This document shows positions 58,858 to 64,000 of a stretch of 64,000 nucleotides of DNA, piece after piece (position 1 is the stretch's first letter; each line of letters opens with the position of its first letter). The DNA lies in assembly GCA_046292385.1 (NCBI GenBank), contig JBKBRF010000011.1:83822-147821 (forward strand). Reading direction: 5' to 3'. The notes under the pieces were generated by a model, which worked only from the letters and a program-made list of their open reading frames with translations, was not told where the DNA came from and did no database searches. The stretch comes from Armatimonadota bacterium. Lineage in GTDB: Bacteria > Armatimonadota > SYMT01. Both the position numbers and the translations under genes were made by a program.

Positions 58858-59793
58858 TCACCGGTCATCGCCCCACCTCTCCCCGGCCTCCAGGCGGTAC
58901 CCGTTGCTGAACGCCTCGCCGGAGCTCCGGGGGCGGTTTTCCGGCTGCACTTCCAGCAGGCGCACCGCGCCGCTCCCGGCCGCCACTACCGGGCCGCGGG
59001 TGTCGAGCACCGTCCCCGGAGCGGCCCCGGCGTCTCCAGGCACCACCTCGGCACGCCAGAGCTTCAGCAGGGTACCGGCGCGGTGAGTGTACGCCCCCGG
59101 AGACGGGTTGCAGCCGTGGATCCGGTTGCGAATCTCTTCCGCGGGCCGGCTCCAGTCCACCCGGCCGTCCTCCCGCTTCAGCATCGGCGCGTAGGTCGCG
59201 GCGGCATGGTCCTGCGGCTCGCGCGGGGCGTCTCCTCGCTCCACCAGCTCCAGCGTCCGAGCCAGGAGCCGGGCGCCCAGTGGGGCCAGCCGCTCCGCCA
59301 GGGCTCCCGACGTGTCATCCGGGCGGATCGGCTCGGCCGCCTTCAGGATCATGTCGCCGGAATCCATGCCGGCATCCATGAACATGGTGGTGACGCCGGT
59401 CTCCGGAAACCCGCGGATGATCGACCACTGGATCGGCGCGGCGCCACGCAGCTCCGGCAGCAGCGACCCATGTCCACTGATGCAACCAAGGGGCGGAATG
59501 GATCGCACAGAGGCCCAGAGAATCTTCCCCTAAGCCACCACCACAATCGCCTGGGGCCGCAGCTCCTGCAGACGACGGACGAACTCCGGATCGGATGCCT
59601 TCTCCGGCTGGAGCACGGGCAGTCCCAGCTCCTCCGCGGCCGCCTTGACCGGGGTAGGCTTGAGCCGCATGCCGCGGCCCGTCGGCCGGTCCGGCTGGCT
59701 GACTACCGCCAGGACGCGGTGCCCGGCCTCACTGACCGCCCGCAGGCACGGTACCGCGAACGGCGCCGTACCCATAAAAACGAGGTCGAGCAT
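58858..59793 (-). pseudogene. fmt: Methionyl-tRNA formyltransferase interrupted by an in-frame TAG (59530-59532)
   Basis: FMGT..FA, SQPDRP.GRG, VVVA*GKIL, HGSLLP.LRGAAPIQ, MDSGD; both ORF halves share a frame; downstream of def. Confidence 0.85.
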
Positions 59794-59818
59794 GCTCCCT
59801 CCGCGCGTCGGACTGTGA

Positions 59819-60355
59819 TCAGCGGTGCTCGGCGGGGGCTTCGGTCCGGCTTCGCCGGCCCTCGCTGCGCCGCTCGGCCTCTTCATCTTCCGAGATCCAG
59901 TGGAGCGACTTCTCCACCGCCCGGTCCGGGAAGAGGATTCCGTTCAGGTGATCGATCTCGTGCTGGAAGACCCGCGCCAGGTAGTCCCGCGCTTCGATCC
60001 GCACCCGCTTGCCGCGCCGGTTCAACCCGGTCACCACCAGCAGCGTGGACCGCGGCACGTCGCCCTGCAGACGCGGAATGCTGAGGCAGCCTTCCACCCC
60101 CAGCTCCTCTCCCTCCGCTTGCAGCACTTCCGGGTTGATGAGCGCGTCCGGACCCTCACCGACGTCGTACACGAACAGGCGACCGTTCACGAAGACCTGC
60201 GGCGCGGCGAGTCCCACCCCCGCGGCGTCGTACATCGTGTCGATCATGTCGTCGATCAGGCGCTTCAGCTTGGGGTCGAAGCGCGTCACTGGCTTGCAGC
60301 GCGCGCGCAAGATCTCCTCGTCCCGATCGTATTTCGCAATCTTCAGAACCGCCAT
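59819..60355 (-). CDS. def: Peptide deformylase
   Basis: GVGLAAPQ, EGCLS, QHEIDHLNG. Confidence 0.97.
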   Translation of the reverse strand: MAVLKIAKYDRDEEILRARCKPVTRFDPKLKRLIDDMIDTMYDAAGVGLAAPQVFVNGRLFVYDVGEGPDALINPEVLQAEGEELGVEGCLSIPRLQGDVPRSTLLVVTGLNRRGKRVRIEARDYLARVFQHEIDHLNGILFPDRAVEKSLHWISEDEEAERRSEGRRSRTEAPAEHR

Positions 60356-60575
60356 AGACTCCCCGGCCCGCGCTCTGCCGCGCCTCCTGACGGCGCGGCG
60401 CCCGCCCGGGCCGCCCCTAGAATACCACAGCGCCCCGTGCGCGGGAATGAGTGCCCAATGTACGGCGGAGCAACCTGGGCCGCCAGTCTGGAGGCACAGC
60501 GGGTGCCCCCTCGCTGCCCGCCGGCTCTCCCCAGGCGCGTCGGATTCCGGTGGATGAAGAGTAAGTGCCACGGGA

Positions 60576-60763
60576 GGCCACTTCGCTGAGCCCGTCTCTG
60601 GTGAGAGGCGCCACCGGTGCCGGGGAGCGGTGCTGCCGGTCCCCGTCGCGGGGCTTCGCTGAACCCGGATGCCCGGGTAGACGGCGAGGTAGGAACCGGG
60701 TGCCGGGGAGCCGAACGGTGCGGTGGCTCCGCCGCGGCGGAGGGCTGCTACCGCATCAGGAGG
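60576..60763 (+). promoter_or_regulatory. Putative tandem structured leader (riboswitch-like, class unassigned)
   Basis: Two related units CTTCGCTGA-hairpin-..GGCG..ACCG(G)GTGCCGGGGAGC plus a hairpin abutting the AGGAGG RBS. Confidence 0.35.
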
Positions 60764-60768
60764 GTTTC

Positions 60769-61791
60769 ATGGTTCGCGTCGGTATCGCCGGCATCGGCTT
60801 CATGGGCGTCACTCACTTCAAGGCTTATCCGCAGGTGGAAGGCGCCCGGGTGGAGGCGATCTTCACGCGGGACCGCAAGAAGCTGGAGGGCGACTGGACC
60901 GGCATCCGCGGCAACTTCGGCGACGCGGGCGGGCAGCAGGACCTCTCCGGCCTGCGGCGGTACGACGACCTCGACGCGATGCTCGCCGACCCCGAGATCG
61001 ACCTGATCGATCTTTGCCTCCCCAGCCACCTCCACCGCGCGCTGGCGATCCGCGCCATGGAGGCGGGCAAGCACGTCCTGGTGGAGAAGCCGATCGCGCT
61101 GACGGTGGAGGACGCAGACGCGATGATCGCGGCGTCCGAGCGGACGGGCCGGCTCCTGATGGTGGCGCAGGTGCTGCGGTTCTGGCCGGAGTTCTCGGCC
61201 ATCAAAGACCTGGTTGAAAGCGGCGAGTACGGGTCCCTCCTCGGCGCGCACTTCAAGCGAGTGATCGCACGGCCCTCGTGGTCCGGCGACGACTGGTTCT
61301 CCGACCCGTCCAAGACCGGCGGCGCGGTGGTCGACCTCCACATCCACGACACCGACTTCGTCCAGTACCTCCTCGGCCGCCCCGCCTCCGTCTGGTCGAC
61401 GGGGACTACCTCGCCGGGCGGCGGAATCGACTACCTGGTCACCCAGTACCAGTATCCCGGTAGGAACCTCTGTATCACGGCGCAGAGCGGCGCGATCGCG
61501 ATGAAGGGGATCGAGTTCGAGCACGGGTTCGACGTCTACTTCGAGCGCGGCATGCTGAAGCACAACAGCAGCACCACGCCCGCGCTGGAGCTCTACACCG
61601 CGGACGGAGGGAAGCAGGAGCTGACCCCGCGCATCCGCGACGGATTCGCGGAGCAGCTCCGCACCGCGGTGGCCGGGGTGCGGGACGGCGTGCTGCCGCC
61701 CTCGCTCGCGGCCGCGAGCGCCCGGGACTCCCTGCGGACGGTGCTGGCGGAGGCGGAGTCGGTGCGGGCCAGGCGTCCGGTGGAGCTCTAA
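60769..61791 (+). CDS. Gfo/Idh/MocA-family oxidoreductase
   Basis: GIAGIGFMG, GKHVLVEKP, QVLRFWP, GGAVVDLHIHD. Confidence 0.93.
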   Translation: MVRVGIAGIGFMGVTHFKAYPQVEGARVEAIFTRDRKKLEGDWTGIRGNFGDAGGQQDLSGLRRYDDLDAMLADPEIDLIDLCLPSHLHRALAIRAMEAGKHVLVEKPIALTVEDADAMIAASERTGRLLMVAQVLRFWPEFSAIKDLVESGEYGSLLGAHFKRVIARPSWSGDDWFSDPSKTGGAVVDLHIHDTDFVQYLLGRPASVWSTGTTSPGGGIDYLVTQYQYPGRNLCITAQSGAIAMKGIEFEHGFDVYFERGMLKHNSSTTPALELYTADGGKQELTPRIRDGFAEQLRTAVAGVRDGVLPPSLAAASARDSLRTVLAEAESVRARRPVEL

Positions 61792-61794
61792 GCG

Positions 61795-62691
61795 ATGGCG
61801 ACGTGGGAGCTGCGCGGCATCGTGCCGCCGATGGTCACGCCGCTGCACGCGGATGAGACCGTGGACGAGGCGGGCCTGGAGCGGCAGCTGGAGCGGCTCG
61901 TCCGCGCCGGGGTCCACGGGCTCTTCTTCCTCGGCAGCACCGGGGAGCAGCCCTCGCTGCGCGACGAGGAGCGGCGGAAGGCGATCCGCGCCGCCCACCG
62001 CGCCAACGCGCGTCGAGTGCCGCTGATCGTCGGCACCATGGCGAGCAGCACCGCCCGCACGATCGACCAGATCCGCGAGGCGGAGGCGGGCGGCGCCGAC
62101 GCGGTGGCGGTGACCCCTCCCTACTACTACCCGACCAACGGGCCGGAAGAGCAGCTCGCGCATTACCGCGCCTGTGCCGCGGCGACCGCCCTCCCCGTCA
62201 TCGTCTACAACATCCCATCCACCACCAAGGTCCAGCTCGCCCCGGAGACGATCGCCCGGATCGCGGAGTTCGAGCGGGTGATCGGGGTGAAGGACAGCAG
62301 CGCCGACTTCGTGCACTTCCTGCGCGTCCTTTCGCTGGTGCGCGGCCGTCCTGGATTCGGCGTGATGGTCGGCACGCCGCCGCTGGCCGGCGCGGCCGTG
62401 CTCTACGGCGCCGCCGGGGCCGTGCCTGGAGTGGCGAACCTCGACCCCCGGACGATGCTGGAAGTCTACGCCGCAGCAGTTGCCGGCGATACCGCGCGGC
62501 TGATCGACCTGCAAGAGCGGGTGCATCAGCTGATGGCGATCGCCCGGCTGGGCGCGCCGCCCGTTTGTTTTAAGACGGCGCTTGAGATGATGGGCGTCTG
62601 TGGTCCGCACGCCGCGCGGCCGTTCCAACCGCTCGGCGAGGAGGCGCGCCGAAAGCTGGCGTCGCTGCTGGAGGAGCTGGAGCTGTTGTAG
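61795..62691 (+). CDS. DHDPS/NAL-family class I aldolase
   Basis: PMVTP, GSTGE, PPYY, YNIP, GVKDSS. Confidence 0.92.
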   Translation: MATWELRGIVPPMVTPLHADETVDEAGLERQLERLVRAGVHGLFFLGSTGEQPSLRDEERRKAIRAAHRANARRVPLIVGTMASSTARTIDQIREAEAGGADAVAVTPPYYYPTNGPEEQLAHYRACAAATALPVIVYNIPSTTKVQLAPETIARIAEFERVIGVKDSSADFVHFLRVLSLVRGRPGFGVMVGTPPLAGAAVLYGAAGAVPGVANLDPRTMLEVYAAAVAGDTARLIDLQERVHQLMAIARLGAPPVCFKTALEMMGVCGPHAARPFQPLGEEARRKLASLLEELELL

Positions 62692-62729
62692 TTTCAACGT
62701 TCGTCGATCCTGAAAGGGGACGACCTGCC

Positions 62730-63695
62730 ATGTCTCTCACGTCACGCCTCTCTGCGCCGCGCGCCCGGTACGGGCTCCTGGCAGCGCTCGCGCTCAGCGC
62801 CGGCCTCTGCGCCGCCGCCCCCGCCGCCGTCTTTACCGCCGGGGCGGATAAGACCGTCAAGATCTGGAACACCAGCGACGGGGAGCTCTCCAAGACGATC
62901 GAGGCACACGACGGAAAGGTCACCGCCACCGCCGTGAGCCCAGACGGCAAGCTGCTCGCCACCGGCGGCACAGACAAGAAGATCAAGCTCTGGAAGACGA
63001 CGGACGGCTCGCTCGTCCGTGAATGGGCCGCGCACGAAGGCGACGTGACTGCGCTCGCCTTCGACACCGACAACTCCCGCCTCATCAGCGGCGGGAAAGA
63101 CAAGGACGTCAAGCTCTGGAAGGTCGCGGACGGCACGCTCGTCAAGAAGGCCTACGCGCACGACGGCGCCGTCGTGACGGTCTTCGCCGGGCCCGGGCTG
63201 ATGTTGAGCACCGGCGCGGACGGCAAGCTGCTGGTTGCCGACGGGGACGGCGCCATCCTGGCGGACCTGCCGACCGGTCACCGGGGAGGGGTTACCGCCA
63301 ACGCCACCAACGTGGTCCGGCAGTACACCTACACCGGCGGGGCCGACGGCACCCTGAAGTTCTGGAGCCCGGGCGGCAACGGCGACTTCACCGCCGAGCA
63401 GGGGAGCGCCGTCACGGCGATGGCGGTCTCCCCGGATGGCAAGAAGGTGCTCACCGGCGGCGCGGACGGGAAGCTGCACGTCTGGGACGCGGAGAGCTAC
63501 AAGCGGCTCAGCACCATCGATACCGGCCATAAGGGCGGCGTGACCGCCATCGGGATGACCCCGGACGGGATGCTGATCCTCACCGGCGGCGCGGACGGCA
63601 CCGGTAAGGCCTGGGACGCCGCCACCGGCGACCCGCTGAAGACCGTCGAAGCCCACGCGGGCGGCGTCACCGCGATCGTGTTCACCGGGAGCTAA
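62730..63695 (+). CDS. Exported WD40-repeat protein
   Basis: Signal peptide; repeats AH.G.VTA..VSPDG..TGG.D..K.W. Confidence 0.9.
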   Translation: MSLTSRLSAPRARYGLLAALALSAGLCAAAPAAVFTAGADKTVKIWNTSDGELSKTIEAHDGKVTATAVSPDGKLLATGGTDKKIKLWKTTDGSLVREWAAHEGDVTALAFDTDNSRLISGGKDKDVKLWKVADGTLVKKAYAHDGAVVTVFAGPGLMLSTGADGKLLVADGDGAILADLPTGHRGGVTANATNVVRQYTYTGGADGTLKFWSPGGNGDFTAEQGSAVTAMAVSPDGKKVLTGGADGKLHVWDAESYKRLSTIDTGHKGGVTAIGMTPDGMLILTGGADGTGKAWDAATGDPLKTVEAHAGGVTAIVFTGS

Positions 63696-63977
63696 TCCCG
63701 TTCACTGGACGATGGGTGAAGGGGAGCGGCGCCTCCGGGTGCCGCTCCCCTTTCGCGTCCGGGCACACACCGAGCTCGACTTCAAACTGAAAGAACGGGC
63801 CGCGCAAGGGTGCTGTTGGCGAAATCAGCGGGGCAGGTGGATCACGGGCCGGTCGAGCACTCCGGCGAGATTCCCCTGACGGGGAAGCGGTGGCAAGTGT
63901 CACACGCTGTAAAGTTACGCCGCTGGTGGCGCAGGAAGGTTTTGCCGCATCGCTCGCTTGCGCGAAGGAGGCCGGGG

Positions 63978-64000
63978 ATGCGCTACCTGCAGGCCCACGA
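63978..64000 (+). CDS. Start of a CDS running off the window
   Basis: AAGGAGG RBS followed by ATG CGC TAC CTG; only 7 codons visible. Confidence 0.4.

Noticed and set aside
60470..60720. T-box, TPP, ZTP, THF or SAM-I riboswitch
   Set aside because: Only isolated sub-motifs match (AGTA, GCTGAG, CGCCTGGG); order and spacing are wrong and there is no TGGNACC T-box

Overview
Very GC-rich bacterial chromosomal window. The gene content (DUF1501, ThuA, FG-GAP, copper-amine-oxidase N-domain and Uma2 proteins, tmk-darA-holB) suggests an Armatimonadota-like organism; this is an inference. Housekeeping and transport genes dominate: dcuC-like, pilT-like, hisB, acs, tmk, holB, def/fmt, a sugar ABC transporter, an Opp/Dpp ABC operon and a DAACS symporter. 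The ORF track misses several features: a selenocysteine locus (selA, a selD with in-frame UGA in a CGGU motif, tRNA-Sec), tRNA-Ala(GGC), tRNA-Met(CAT), a 6S-like rod RNA with its own near-consensus promoter and terminator, and two structured leader candidates. Best candidate for an undescribed system: a three-gene unit at 34698-37920 encoding a protein with a Cys-containing N-terminal tail on a sugar-binding-like domain, an RRE-like/radical SAM/SPASM-Twitch enzyme, and a non-catalytic FGE-fold protein. Intergenic spaces hold many nested, modular palindromic and short tandem repeat elements. Two genes (DUF4139-like and fmt) have in-frame stops where Tyr is expected, and a VapC toxin is degenerate. 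No CRISPR array, transposase, integrase or rRNA was seen. All family calls come from motif recognition by eye; no searches were run.
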